From a bacterium (GTDB lineage Bacteria > Patescibacteriota > Minisyncoccia > UBA6257 > UBA9933), in the NCBI GenBank assembly GCA_021796335.1, contig JAJYHZ010000002.1, forward strand, positions 29,728-93,727: a DNA stretch of 64,000 nucleotides, written 5' to 3'. The stretch's first letter is position 1. Each line of letters opens with the position of its first letter. Below the pieces are notes generated by a model that was given only the letters and a program-made list of their open reading frames with translations, ran no database searches and had not been told where the DNA came from. Below, in pieces: positions 10,027-20,271 of the stretch. The position numbers and the translations under genes were made by a program.

Positions 10027-10452
10027 CTATCTCGTAACCGAAATTGGGTTGGTAACTTCTCCGGTTGCGCCAACAGTCGTTCTCCTGGTAGTCGGATCGT
10101 AAACCACGCTGTATCCTGTCGCAGTCGAAGTTCCGGTTGACGGATCCATGGGCATGACGGAGATATATGTCGGAACAATACACGGCTCTATATTATAATT
10201 ATTTGCTCCGCTTCCCAATTCCATTGTGGTGGTAGGTAATGCGCCTGCTCCGCAGGTGAAATTACCGTGATTGTCAACCATATTCTGGCCGATAGCATTC
10301 AAGATCGAGTTAACATTGCTCCATCTCTGCGTATCGCGCGCCTGGGCAAACTGCCTTGCCGGGTTAATGGCAACAATGACGACACCCGCCAAAATGGCGA
10401 TGATACCGATAACAACCAACAATTCGATCAATGTAAAACCTTTGTTTCTCAT
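10027..10452 (-). CDS. type IV pilin / pseudopilin, copy 1
   Basis: Class III signal peptide MRNKG|FTLIELLVVIGIIAILAGVV (Gly-1, Phe+1, Glu+5); 141 aa. Confidence 0.7.
   Translation of the reverse strand: MRNKGFTLIELLVVIGIIAILAGVVIVAINPARQFAQARDTQRWSNVNSILNAIGQNMVDNHGNFTCGAGALPTTTMELGSGANNYNIEPCIVPTYISVMPMDPSTGTSTATGYSVVYDPTTRRTTVGATGEVTNPISVTR
10034..10440. repeat. 407-bp direct repeat, copy A (pilin mature-domain coding sequence)
   Basis: 100% nucleotide identity to 10537-10943 by eye, offset 503 bp. Confidence 0.8.
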
Positions 10453-10529
10453 TTTTGTCTTTTGAATTTTTCCTCGACCTTTTCTTGATTATGATAAATT
10501 ATCCTATTTATAAAGTTTTATTGCAAGAA

Positions 10530-11042
10530 TTATCGGGTAACCGAAATTGGGTTGGTAACTTCTCCGGTTGCGCCAACAGTCGTTCTCCTGGTAGTCGGAT
10601 CGTAAACCACGCTGTATCCTGTCGCAGTCGAAGTTCCGGTTGACGGATCCATGGGCATGACGGAGATATATGTCGGAACAATACACGGCTCTATATTATA
10701 ATTATTTGCTCCGCTTCCCAATTCCATTGTGGTGGTAGGTAATGCGCCTGCTCCGCAGGTGAAATTACCGTGATTGTCAACCATATTCTGGCCGATAGCA
10801 TTCAAGATCGAGTTAACATTGCTCCATCTCTGCGTATCGCGCGCCTGGGCAAACTGCCTTGCCGGGTTAATGGCAACAATGACGACACCCGCCAAAATGG
10901 CGATGATACCGATAACAACCAACAATTCGATCAATGTAAAACCCGCGTCCGAATAACGCCCTACGGATGCGCCCATCAGAATTTTATTTTTAAATTTCGT
11001 CATATCACTAATATTCGCAAATCTGATTACGAATTTCACCAA
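10530..11042 (-). CDS. type IV pilin / pseudopilin, copy 2
   Basis: Mature domain identical to copy 1. Longer, atypical leader ...MGASVGRYSDAG|FTLIELL; the true start may be an internal Met at about 11003 or 10976. Confidence 0.65.
   Translation of the reverse strand: MVKFVIRFANISDMTKFKNKILMGASVGRYSDAGFTLIELLVVIGIIAILAGVVIVAINPARQFAQARDTQRWSNVNSILNAIGQNMVDNHGNFTCGAGALPTTTMELGSGANNYNIEPCIVPTYISVMPMDPSTGTSTATGYSVVYDPTTRRTTVGATGEVTNPISVTR
10537..10943. repeat. 407-bp direct repeat, copy B
   Basis: Identical to 10034-10440; identity stops exactly at the leader-peptide codon and at the last codon before the stop. Confidence 0.8.
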
Positions 11043-11200
11043 TCATAAATATATTTCTATCTTGTGATTATTTGTGTTTAATTCGCGTAGATTCGATAAT
11101 GCGTTTGCCGACTTTTATTTCCATTGAAATAAATTATCTTATTTATGAAAAATTATTGCAACTGCCTTGATTCCATTTACTGACAAATTTCTGCAAACCC

Positions 11201-11226
11201 AAATATTGAACGATCGTTCAATATTT
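11201..11226. promoter_or_regulatory. 26-bp perfect palindrome aaatattgaaCGATCGttcaatattt upstream of the pilin genes
   Basis: Perfect inverted repeat centred on CGATCG; member of a dispersed family (see findings). Confidence 0.5.
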
Positions 11227-11295
11227 AGATCGATTATTCACATTTACAAAAATGTAAATATACGCCTGCATAAATGAAATGGATAATCTCTTTAT

Positions 11296-12789
11296 TTATT
11301 TTAATTCGTCCCAGGAAATTATTTGGTACGTAGTCGATGTCAGCGGAAAATCGGGCGGCGGATTATACAGCAAATTAGAATCGTAAGTGATATTCCTGTT
11401 CTGATACCCGGTTCCGTCAGTGTAAGCGAATCCGTAACGCTGGTTGGACATAATCATGCCGTAAAGATTGATAGTCGATCTGATTGCGTATGGATTGCAC
11501 CTCGGTTGATTATTATATCCGGCTCTGTAGTAAAATCTCCCCACTCTTCCGTTTTGCGCAACTAAAGCGCCGTCTATGGTAAGCGTATCGGCGCTTTGCA
11601 GACCGACATCTATATCACCCTGAGATATCAAACCAAGAGAATCCTGGCCGTTAAAGTTGGAGTACAGCAGGTTGTTATTAATAATAATCTGCGGCCATTT
11701 TGCAGAATTTTCCGGAAAACGGGCAACGCCGATTGTAAGCCGGGCATTATTAATCTGTCCTTCCACCCAAAGATTATCTTCAACGAAAATTAAATTATCG
11801 GCGGGGAAATTATAATTTTTGACGAATTGCTCGCTTTTAATAGTCCACGTTCCCCAGTTTTGTTCTCCCAAAACACTGACGCAACCATTAGGCGAACTGA
11901 GAACGGAATTAACTTTGTATAAATCAAAAGTTCCGTCTGTTTTAAAAATTATATGATAGCCCTGGGCATTGGAGGGGCCGATGTAAATCCCGTTTGACTG
12001 GGCATCTGATTTCATCTGATTGAGATTGCTGGTTATGCCCGTAAAATCAACCGCGGGAACGGGAAATTGGCGGCCGGCCATAAAAACATCCGATCTGTTC
12101 ATAACGGGATTAGGCGGAGCTTCCAGCGGCCTGAAGGTGTCATTTTCTCCGGTCAACGGCGGAATATTAACATGAGTATGGACTCCAAACTCTTGGTTGC
12201 CCGAGTGATCCGGATCATTGTAGGCGGATAAAGCGCTGGAAACTATGTTATGTGCAAGGCCGTCGAAACGGATTCCGCCATTGGAGTAAATAGGACCGAA
12301 TACCTCCGTCCCCTGACCAAAGCGTATGTCCGAATTGGAAACTGTCGCATATTGCGCGAAAGAAGGAATCCCCATTTTCACCTGAATGATTTTTGAAACA
12401 GTCGGATCAGCGGTAACCGTGCCGGTTGATTTGATAATTACCAGAGTCGAACCTTGCGGCGGCGGAGTTATATCCAAACTGAATTGCCCTATCAAATTTC
12501 CACTTTTATCATAGTAGCTATGAATATAAGGTCCGGGATGGCCTGTGCCGTCTTGAAAATCCTGCGGCGCATGAGCCAAATGCCATCTGTAATATTCAAC
12601 GCCCGCTTCGGATATTTCAAAAGCCTGTTCATTATTCTCGTTGCGGACTGCGGCATTTATCATAGTGTTCGCCCACAACAGAAACCCGGAAAGCAAAATT
12701 ATCGCCAAAGCGCCGTAAAGTAAAATTTGGACGGAAAGCTGACCGTGAATAGTTTTTAGTTTACAGTTTTTAGATGTCAGGTTATTCAT
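11296..12789 (-). CDS. PilX-like pilus assembly / minor pilin protein
   Basis: N-terminal TM helix followed by NENNEQAFEISEAGVEY, resembling the PilX_N pattern (QQAFyAAEAGl); large C-terminal domain. Confidence 0.45.
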   Translation of the reverse strand: MNNLTSKNCKLKTIHGQLSVQILLYGALAIILLSGFLLWANTMINAAVRNENNEQAFEISEAGVEYYRWHLAHAPQDFQDGTGHPGPYIHSYYDKSGNLIGQFSLDITPPPQGSTLVIIKSTGTVTADPTVSKIIQVKMGIPSFAQYATVSNSDIRFGQGTEVFGPIYSNGGIRFDGLAHNIVSSALSAYNDPDHSGNQEFGVHTHVNIPPLTGENDTFRPLEAPPNPVMNRSDVFMAGRQFPVPAVDFTGITSNLNQMKSDAQSNGIYIGPSNAQGYHIIFKTDGTFDLYKVNSVLSSPNGCVSVLGEQNWGTWTIKSEQFVKNYNFPADNLIFVEDNLWVEGQINNARLTIGVARFPENSAKWPQIIINNNLLYSNFNGQDSLGLISQGDIDVGLQSADTLTIDGALVAQNGRVGRFYYRAGYNNQPRCNPYAIRSTINLYGMIMSNQRYGFAYTDGTGYQNRNITYDSNLLYNPPPDFPLTSTTYQIISWDELK

Positions 12790-13434
12790 TTAATCGTTTG
12801 TTCTTAAATTTCTCGGAGTGACGGAAGTGAAAAAAATTTCCGGAGCGGTTTGATTCGGCTCTTGGGCAATTAATCGTATCGAGACGGTTCTGATATTGGA
12901 AATGTTTATCGGATACGCCATCGGCGGCTCGCTACCATCATAACCAGAATCGTAATAAGTAAAAATACTGGATGTGCCCATCGCCATATTGTGAACCATT
13001 TCAGAAATTTGTTCGGAATTCGGATCGTAAACAAGCGGATTGCCCGCGGGCTTAATTACGCCTTTTTTAAATGTAGTGCCGTCCAAAAAATACCTGACCT
13101 GATCCGGAACTCCGTCTCCGTCAATGTCGCTGAAAAAAGTGATTGAACTTGTGGAAACTTGCGCTATGGCATACGCGCCGAGGCCGGACGATTCCATGGG
13201 ACGCATTTCCGACGCCATCGTCTCAAGAGTCTGCTGGGCTTCTTGTTGAGTTTCAAAACTTTGTGCCAAAGAAAGGCTGAAAGTCGAAATATTCGCGGAA
13301 AGAAGGAAAATCACGGCAATAATAACGACGAAAATAGCCGCGCTGACCAAAATTTCGATTAAAGTAAAACCTTTGGAATCAGAATTTGAAATACAAAATA
13401 TAGGATTTAGAGGTTTATGACATTTAATTTTCAT
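12790..13434 (-). CDS. minor pseudopilin (prepilin-type N-terminal domain, GspJ/PilW-like)
   Basis: SKG|FTLIEILVSAAIFVVIIAVIF class III signal after an unusually long leader; 214 aa. Confidence 0.5.
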   Translation of the reverse strand: MKIKCHKPLNPIFCISNSDSKGFTLIEILVSAAIFVVIIAVIFLLSANISTFSLSLAQSFETQQEAQQTLETMASEMRPMESSGLGAYAIAQVSTSSITFFSDIDGDGVPDQVRYFLDGTTFKKGVIKPAGNPLVYDPNSEQISEMVHNMAMGTSSIFTYYDSGYDGSEPPMAYPINISNIRTVSIRLIAQEPNQTAPEIFFTSVTPRNLRTND

Positions 13435-15118
13435 TTTGAGGCAAAGATTTTTTCTTCAGCGACTTGAAAATCAAAGCGCCAGCGACCAGCATAACGCCGA
13501 AGCCGACAATATAATAAATCAACGCCATAGGAAGCGATCCGCTCGCAACGCGCTGTTTATCGGGAATGGAAAACGATTTTGCGGAAGCAACTTTTTTATA
13601 AGCATTATTTCCTATTTTTTTATAAACTATCGCGTAATAATTTCCGGGTTTTAAATCGGCGGCGGCGGTGTAGTCGGCCGAGCCGGCGGAAATCTGTTTT
13701 ATTAGCTGACTTTTTGAATTAAAGATATCAATTCGAAATCCCTGATTCGATTCCGCGGAAGACGGCCAAGAAATCACGGCTGAGCTGTTTGAAGAACCGG
13801 AGCCGCTTCCGTTATTCGTGCTTATATTCAAATTCGGCGCCTGGCTTGATTGAGTTTGGGTGGCGGTAGCGGTTTGACTCGTTTGAGAAATTTGGCCGGT
13901 TTGATTGTTATCAGTAAAAGCCTGGGGATTGATCAACGAACCTTGAAGCGTATTAAAATTTAAGTATGCCTCCGCAAAATCGCCGGACGGATCGATGGAA
14001 ACAATCATAGCGACGTATTTAGTATCCGAACTCAAAACGTTTTCAGTAATAAGCAAATGCTCTAGTTCGTAAGTTTCATCGCCGACACTGGTAAGGGTTT
14101 GAGAACCCGGCTTATCCAGCCTAATCAACAAACTGGAGTTGGCGGCTTCGTTTGTTTCCCAGGAAATTTCCACGGAGCTGGTGCTTAAGGCGACAATCTG
14201 AGGATTGGAGATTGCGAGCTGAATCGCCGTGGAAGTGCTTTCATTGTTCGGCGCAGTAGATGAAGTCGTCGAGGCACTAGGCTGCCAGCCGGGCGAACTA
14301 ATGAAGGAACCTACGTAGCTTCCTTCATTTCCCCAATTGTCTTTTACAAAAAGCTGAAAAACATACGCGACATTAGGCATGACGGACAAATCCATACTAC
14401 ATGTTCCTAATCCGTACTGGCAGGTAAAATAATTCCCCGAATAATTCGTACTTTGAACAGCACTTTGATTTTCAAGCGGCCAATAAGAAATTTTATAATC
14501 AGCCGGCTCATTGGTATTGAAATTAATTCTGACGTCATTGGAATCCAAAACCGAAGGAATGACATTGGAAAGAATCGGAGCGGAAACATCGCCTGTTTCA
14601 TAAAGGGAGAAATTAAAAGTATAAGGCTGTTCATTCGAACCGAGATAAACCGGACCGATTTGCTTGTCTAAAGTATCGTTCGAATTCTGAACCTGTAATT
14701 GGACCATGTCGGTGTAATAAATTCTCAACTGAGGCATGGAACTTTTAATTTCGATTTTATAAGTTTGGTCGCTTGCAACCTTAACGGGAGAATTCAGTTC
14801 TACGTGAAATCTTTGGCCGCCCCAAGTTGTCGGAGCTATATACGGAACGGTTATTGTTTTAGAAGAAAGGATGTTATCACTATCATCAAGCAGAATAAAA
14901 GTTGCCTGTCCCGAAGAACTGGTATTCGCCAGAAAGAAATCAAATCCGCTCAAATAATCGTCGAATGGAATAAAAGTCTGATAAGGTGTTTGAGCCGAGG
15001 CTACAAACAAATAATCCGAAGTATACGGATTGTATTCATAATATTTCAATTCCGCGGCGGATGATAAGACCGGGATCGAAATTAAAATAAATAAAGTTAT
15101 AAAAATTTTTTTGGCCAT
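13424..15118 (-). CDS. secreted surface protein with a C-terminal TM anchor, possibly pilus-associated or an adhesin
   Basis: Signal peptide (FITLFILISIPVLSSAAE), S/T-rich extracellular repeats, C-terminal hydrophobic anchor plus KKK. Confidence 0.4.
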   Translation of the reverse strand: MAKKIFITLFILISIPVLSSAAELKYYEYNPYTSDYLFVASAQTPYQTFIPFDDYLSGFDFFLANTSSSGQATFILLDDSDNILSSKTITVPYIAPTTWGGQRFHVELNSPVKVASDQTYKIEIKSSMPQLRIYYTDMVQLQVQNSNDTLDKQIGPVYLGSNEQPYTFNFSLYETGDVSAPILSNVIPSVLDSNDVRINFNTNEPADYKISYWPLENQSAVQSTNYSGNYFTCQYGLGTCSMDLSVMPNVAYVFQLFVKDNWGNEGSYVGSFISSPGWQPSASTTSSTAPNNESTSTAIQLAISNPQIVALSTSSVEISWETNEAANSSLLIRLDKPGSQTLTSVGDETYELEHLLITENVLSSDTKYVAMIVSIDPSGDFAEAYLNFNTLQGSLINPQAFTDNNQTGQISQTSQTATATQTQSSQAPNLNISTNNGSGSGSSNSSAVISWPSSAESNQGFRIDIFNSKSQLIKQISAGSADYTAAADLKPGNYYAIVYKKIGNNAYKKVASAKSFSIPDKQRVASGSLPMALIYYIVGFGVMLVAGALIFKSLKKKSLPQNEN

Positions 15119-16965
15119 TATTGCGTAAGCTGCACGTTATATTGCATCCAATTGTTGGAAATGTAAACAGAAGGATTGTTGAAAGTCTGATAGCCGGATT
15201 TTTGGACAGTCAAAGAATAACTGCCTGAAGCCAATCCGCTGAAAAACGCCTGACCGTCGGGAACGCAACCGGAAGAAAAATTTATTTTCGTATCGGCCAA
15301 TGAAGGAGTATAGCCGGCATCTTGGGTTTGCAGATAAACTTTATACCGCAAATAACGATTGCCGTTTTCGATTGAATTTATCTGAGCCCCGCTTGTCGAG
15401 TAATAAGTGTTTGGCGTTCCGTCAGGCCCGACAAAATTCCAAGTGGCGTTGTCGTTGTTTGCGGCGATTTGAAATTGCAAACTCTGCGATCCGGTTTGCA
15501 ACGGTTGGTTTTGCGGATCCCATTCGATATCGTCAAAAGTCGTGTTGGAAGATCCCAGATCAAAGGTGTTCGAAATCAGCCACTGCGTACTGGTCGCATA
15601 TAATCCGTTGTTTTGCGCCAGTGTAATTATTCCGGGAGTCGAAGTGGCATCGATATTGCCGCTTTGGGAATTGTAAGAAGACCCGTTCGACCAATCGGTC
15701 TGAGAAATATTATATCTGCCGGTGTATAAATTCTGGTTAAAACCTCCGCTTAAAAGCGAAACTTCGGCATCATTGACCGGGTTGCCGCTCTGATCTTCGA
15801 CCGTAACCAGAAGTTCCTGAGGTTTTTTAGGCGCCATAATCAAGCTTAAATTGCTCGACGTATTCGGGTTTACGGCCAGCGGCAACAGCGGAATGGAACC
15901 GGCAATATCATAATTGGAATCCTGGCTAAATAAGCTATAAGAATCCCATTCCAGATTATTAGTCGAATAGGCGCCCAACGAATCCGTAGTGAATGAATTT
16001 GAATATTTCAAGACATTCGGATTTGTTCCTATTAATTTCGTCCCCCCTTGAAGCAAGCTGACACTCGGGATCGGTGAACAAAAATAATCATTGGTTTTTA
16101 AAGATAAAGAACTTACTTTATCAATGGCAAAACTGATGGTCGTAATCTGCTGGGAAGCAACAGTGGCATCCGGTTTGACCGGATTGGGATTTGAAGCGCC
16201 GCCCGGCGGATAAGTCTGATCGGACGAATAGCCGGATTTGTTTACCGAAATCGAATATGACGCCGTGCTTGTCGGAATATCAATCAACTGTAAAACGCCA
16301 TCATTATTAGTGGTGTCATTTATGGAGATTGCCGGATTCAAGCTGCCGTTATAAACATGGACGTTGGCGTTGCTGACGGGATTGCCAGAAGCATCAATGA
16401 CATTAACGAAAAGCGAACCGTTTTGGGAAGAAGTCTCCAGGCCCTTGGGAGCGACTGTCGTAGTCATGGTAAAAGGAACGAAATTGGAATTCATACAAGT
16501 CTGGCAACTGATCTGAAATTCAACCATTTTATAATCCGCTGGAGAAGTGTCGGTCGGAGCAAGGCCGTCAAAAGGATCGTCGATATTGCGCACAGTCGCG
16601 GAAACCAAATAATTGTTTCCGGCGAAAGAAACGGTTGTCGTGGCCGGTATTTTTCCCGGTGGATAACCGCCCATGATTCCGACATCCTGATAGTTCATAT
16701 CGCGGATAATTTCGATTTGATTCTGCAAAACCGAGACAGCATCGAACCGCGTTTCATTTTTGGAAGAAATCTGTAATACGTCAGAAAATGCCATAAAAAC
16801 CGCATAAGAAATCAGTAAGAACAAACCCGTAGCAACCAGAACTTCAATAAGGGTGAAGCCTTTGCCATTATTGTAAGATTGCAAGATTGAAAAATTGAAA
16901 GATTTTATTTTTTCTTTTATTCTGCGCATTTTAAAAATCTGCAATTTGCAATCCGCGATTTGCAA
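15118..16965 (-). CDS. large pseudopilin (prepilin N-terminus plus a large C-terminal domain, PilY1/minor-pilin-like)
   Basis: NNGKG|FTLIEVLVATGLFLLISYAVF class III signal; the likely real start is the Met at 16929 (MRRIKEK...). Confidence 0.5.
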   Translation of the reverse strand: MQIADCKLQIFKMRRIKEKIKSFNFSILQSYNNGKGFTLIEVLVATGLFLLISYAVFMAFSDVLQISSKNETRFDAVSVLQNQIEIIRDMNYQDVGIMGGYPPGKIPATTTVSFAGNNYLVSATVRNIDDPFDGLAPTDTSPADYKMVEFQISCQTCMNSNFVPFTMTTTVAPKGLETSSQNGSLFVNVIDASGNPVSNANVHVYNGSLNPAISINDTTNNDGVLQLIDIPTSTASYSISVNKSGYSSDQTYPPGGASNPNPVKPDATVASQQITTISFAIDKVSSLSLKTNDYFCSPIPSVSLLQGGTKLIGTNPNVLKYSNSFTTDSLGAYSTNNLEWDSYSLFSQDSNYDIAGSIPLLPLAVNPNTSSNLSLIMAPKKPQELLVTVEDQSGNPVNDAEVSLLSGGFNQNLYTGRYNISQTDWSNGSSYNSQSGNIDATSTPGIITLAQNNGLYATSTQWLISNTFDLGSSNTTFDDIEWDPQNQPLQTGSQSLQFQIAANNDNATWNFVGPDGTPNTYYSTSGAQINSIENGNRYLRYKVYLQTQDAGYTPSLADTKINFSSGCVPDGQAFFSGLASGSYSLTVQKSGYQTFNNPSVYISNNWMQYNVQLTQ

Positions 16966-16979
16966 TTTTAAGGTTTAGT

Positions 16980-18059
16980 TTATTTAACTTTTATGTTTTG
17001 GGTAAGGCTGTAAATCGGGGTAATAATTGCCAGAACGACAAATCCCACGATTACTCCCATAACCACCAACAGTACCGGCTCCAAAATGCTGGATAAATTT
17101 TTTGTAGTTTCATCTAATTCGTTCTCATAGTACTCGGAAAGATAAAAAAGATTGGAGTCCAAATTGCCGGTTTTTTCCCCCACTTCGATCATTCTGGTCA
17201 AGGTTCCGGGGAAATATTTGGAATATCTTTCCAGGCTGCGATAAAACATTTCGCCCTTGCGGACCTCTTCCGACGCTTCTTTTAAGACTTGTTTGTAAGC
17301 GGTGTTCGCAACTATAGTAGAAGTGATGGAAATTGCCTCGACTATTTTCACTCCGTTTTTTAAAAGAAGGGCGAAAGTCCGGCTGATATTGGCCATGTTG
17401 TACGAAACCGTTATGCTGCCGACCACGGGCAGATATAAAAGAGTTTTATCATAAAACTTTTTTATTCCGGGAAGTCTCATTAAAAAAGAGAGGCCTATAA
17501 TAAAGACAAACAGACCGATAACAATATAAAGGAAATCATTCTGAAGCATATTCGAAACGCCAATCAGGATTTTAGTGGTAATTGGCAAATCGATTTTCAT
17601 AGCTAAAAAAACCGGCATGATTTTCGGCAAAATAAAAAATACCAAAGCAGCCACGACGGCAAGGGTGGCGACTAAAATGACGGCGGGGTAAATCAAAGCT
17701 GAACGGACTTTTGACCGCAATTGCTGGCTTTTTTGCAGCTCGCCGGCGAGATAATTCAGGCTTTCAGGCAAAGTCCCGCTGATTTCTCCCACTCTGATTA
17801 TGCTTACGAACAAATCGCCGAAAATATTTTTATATTGTTCCAATGCCTCGGAAAGAAGCTGTCCATTCTGAATTTTGACGATTACATCGTCAAGAATCGA
17901 CCCGAAACCGCGGCTTTTTACCTGGGATCTGATTAAGTTAATACTTTCAACTTCTGCCATTCCCGATTTAATCATCATCGAAAGATGCTTGGCAAAAAGC
18001 ATTTTTTCGGCAAGAGGAACTTTTAGAAAAAAATTGAAATTGAGATTTAAGTTTTTCAT
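16980..18059 (-). CDS. pilC: type IV pilus / T2SS platform protein PilC/GspF family
   Basis: Two GspF-type repeats, 3 TM segments, 359 aa. Confidence 0.7.
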   Translation of the reverse strand: MKNLNLNFNFFLKVPLAEKMLFAKHLSMMIKSGMAEVESINLIRSQVKSRGFGSILDDVIVKIQNGQLLSEALEQYKNIFGDLFVSIIRVGEISGTLPESLNYLAGELQKSQQLRSKVRSALIYPAVILVATLAVVAALVFFILPKIMPVFLAMKIDLPITTKILIGVSNMLQNDFLYIVIGLFVFIIGLSFLMRLPGIKKFYDKTLLYLPVVGSITVSYNMANISRTFALLLKNGVKIVEAISITSTIVANTAYKQVLKEASEEVRKGEMFYRSLERYSKYFPGTLTRMIEVGEKTGNLDSNLFYLSEYYENELDETTKNLSSILEPVLLVVMGVIVGFVVLAIITPIYSLTQNIKVK

Positions 18060-18284
18060 TCAGCACATAACTTCTCCGATTTTCTATTGCATAAGGCGCA
18101 ATCAAACCAGGAAATTAAGATTTATTTTTAAAATTTTAATTCTCATTTATAACTATTCTTAAGAGAAGTTATGCATGGAATGAATCCCTTATATGACTTC
18201 TCTTATTTTAATTATATAAAAAGTTAAAAAAATTAATTTATAATTCCATTATAATTATTTTTAAAAAAATATGTATGAAAAATT

Positions 18285-19511
18285 TTATTCATGGATAACT
18301 CTGATAACTTCTTCGATCGTGGTGATTCCATCAACCGCTTTTTTAAAACCGTCTTCAACCATAGTGGTCATTCCTTCATGAAATGCGATTTTTTTAATAT
18401 CGGAAGCCCCTTTGCGAGTGATAATCGCTTCTCGAATGGCTTCCGTGACCTCCAAAATTTCGTAGATGCCGACACGACCGTAATAGCCGCTTCCGTTGCA
18501 TTTTTTACAACCTTTTCCATAATAAAATTTTTCTGTTTGCCTTACCAATTCCGGCGAGATTCCGGAACTGAGCAGAATTTCTAGTTCGGACATGGAATAT
18601 TTTTTTTCCGTTTTGCATTCCGTGCAAATCTTTCTTACCAAACGCTGGCCTATGGCGATATTGACGGTTGAAGCGATAAGAAAAGGCTCTACCTTCATAT
18701 CCAAAAGCCGAGGCAAGGTAGTGGCCGCGTCATTGGTATGGATTGTGGACAATAATAAGTGCCCGGTCAAGGCAGCATTAACGGCGATTGAAGCGGTTTC
18801 TTCATCGCGAATTTCACCGACCATAATAATGTTCGGATCCTGGCGCAAAATCGCGCGCAACCCGTCGGCGAAAGTAAGGCCGGTTTGATTATTGACTTGA
18901 ATTTGATCAATTCCTTCCAAGGAAAATTCGATTGGATCCTCGATTGTAATAATAGAAGTTTCCGGGGTATTCAAAACTTTCAAAATAGTGTAAAGGGAAG
19001 TCGTTTTTCCGGAACCAGTAGGACCAGTGGCAAGAATCATCCCATATGGCCTGGAAATCGCTCTTTTGACTTTGGGTAAATCATTCCCGGAAAAGCCGAG
19101 ATCTTCCAAGGTTAAGGTGTCGGCGGATTCGGTCAAAAGCCTCATGACCACGTTTTCATCATAATAAGTCGGAACTATGGAAACGCGCATGTCAAACTTT
19201 TCTTTTTTGGAAGTAATAAATTGAAAACGCCCGTCCTGCGCCATTTGATGCTCGTCGGTTCGAAGTCCGGACAGAACTTTTATGCGGCTGATAACCTCCG
19301 ACTGAATTTCTTTTGGCAGAGTAAAAGCGATATGCATAACGCCGTCAATCCGAAACCTGATATTGACGCCAGTTTCAGTCGGGTCTATATGAATATCAGA
19401 AGCCCGGGAATAGTAGGCGTCCTCTATAAGGGAATTAACGATTTTAATAATCGAAATTTCGCCTTTGGGACGAGCTAATTCCTTTTCTATGGAAAGATGG
19501 TCGAATTCCAT
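18285..19511 (-). CDS. short PilB/GspE/ComGA-family assembly ATPase
   Basis: Walker A ATGPTGSGKTT, Asp box, His box, tetracysteine CTEC...CKKC; lacks the N-terminal N1 domain (408 aa). Confidence 0.7.
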   Translation of the reverse strand: MEFDHLSIEKELARPKGEISIIKIVNSLIEDAYYSRASDIHIDPTETGVNIRFRIDGVMHIAFTLPKEIQSEVISRIKVLSGLRTDEHQMAQDGRFQFITSKKEKFDMRVSIVPTYYDENVVMRLLTESADTLTLEDLGFSGNDLPKVKRAISRPYGMILATGPTGSGKTTSLYTILKVLNTPETSIITIEDPIEFSLEGIDQIQVNNQTGLTFADGLRAILRQDPNIIMVGEIRDEETASIAVNAALTGHLLLSTIHTNDAATTLPRLLDMKVEPFLIASTVNIAIGQRLVRKICTECKTEKKYSMSELEILLSSGISPELVRQTEKFYYGKGCKKCNGSGYYGRVGIYEILEVTEAIREAIITRKGASDIKKIAFHEGMTTMVEDGFKKAVDGITTIEEVIRVIHE

Positions 19512-19647
19512 GGTAATATATTAGCAGACTGCCGATAATATTTAAAGAAAGATTAAACTTGATTGCAAATCAAAGATTGAAAAATTAATTTCCCCAAATA
19601 ACCTTCTCAAATATTTTAATTTTCAATTTAGCAATCTTGCAATTTAA

Positions 19648-19860
19648 ATGAAAACAAAAAAAGAAATTCTGGAAGAATCATTGGACAGCGCAAAAGAAGC
19701 CATGTTGCGGATAGAAATCACCACCGAATATCTGCAAGGGCAGCATGCGAAAACAAATGACCAGCACTTGCTTCAGGAAATGGCAAAGTTAAAAGCGAAC
19801 GAAAACGAAACAAAAAGCTGGATTGAATTCCTGAACGAACAACTTAAAAAAGAAAAATAA
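19648..19860 (+). CDS. small coiled-coil hypothetical protein
   Basis: 70-aa charged helical ORF followed by a terminator. Confidence 0.3.
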   Translation: MKTKKEILEESLDSAKEAMLRIEITTEYLQGQHAKTNDQHLLQEMAKLKANENETKSWIEFLNEQLKKEK

Positions 19861-19911
19861 TTGCTGTCGTTTCTTCCAATAGAGTCTAATATTTTATTAA
19901 ATCGCTACGAT

Positions 19912-19944
19912 AAAAAGAAGGCCCCGAAAGGGGCTTTATTTTTG
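19912..19944. terminator. bidirectional terminator aaaaagaaggccccgaaaggggctttattttt
   Basis: GC hairpin ggcccc/ggggc with flanking A and T runs, between convergent genes. Confidence 0.6.
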
Positions 19945-20271
19945 ATAGGGAAGTAAATCTTTATGAAATTCGTATACAAAACGGTTTGATACAGGCGCAC
20001 TATATCCAATGCCATTTTTACTTAGAAGATCTAGAATTATTTTTTCGGCGCCCTGGTGGAAAGTCACCTTGCAAGTTACGATGTAAACCGAAAAAACATT
20101 GTAATTTTTTAAGTCCAAAATCAAATGTAAAATTTCATTTTCCGGTTTTTCCTGAAACACGAAAAATTCTTGACCCTCATTAAGCGAGTAAAGAATTTTG
20201 ACCAAATCCGCATACAATGCTCTTGCAAACAGAGAACAAATAAGTCCGGGATTGTCATGAAAATCAGCCAT
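19936..20271 (-). CDS. hypothetical protein
   Basis: 111-aa ORF; no motif. Confidence 0.3.
   Translation of the reverse strand: MADFHDNPGLICSLFARALYADLVKILYSLNEGQEFFVFQEKPENEILHLILDLKNYNVFSVYIVTCKVTFHQGAEKIILDLLSKNGIGYSAPVSNRFVYEFHKDLLPYQK

Noticed and set aside
9843-10178. 111-aa minus-strand ORF overlapping the pilin gene and its terminator
   Set aside because: It runs through the intrinsic terminator and the promoter-like AT-rich DNA, and it overlaps the out-of-frame pilin CDS.
16931-16975. Sigma-54 promoter at the ctgcaatttgcaat repeats
   Set aside because: Spacing between the GC dinucleotides is about 7 nt, not the about 11 nt of the TGGCAC-N5-TTGCW consensus, and there is no GG element.
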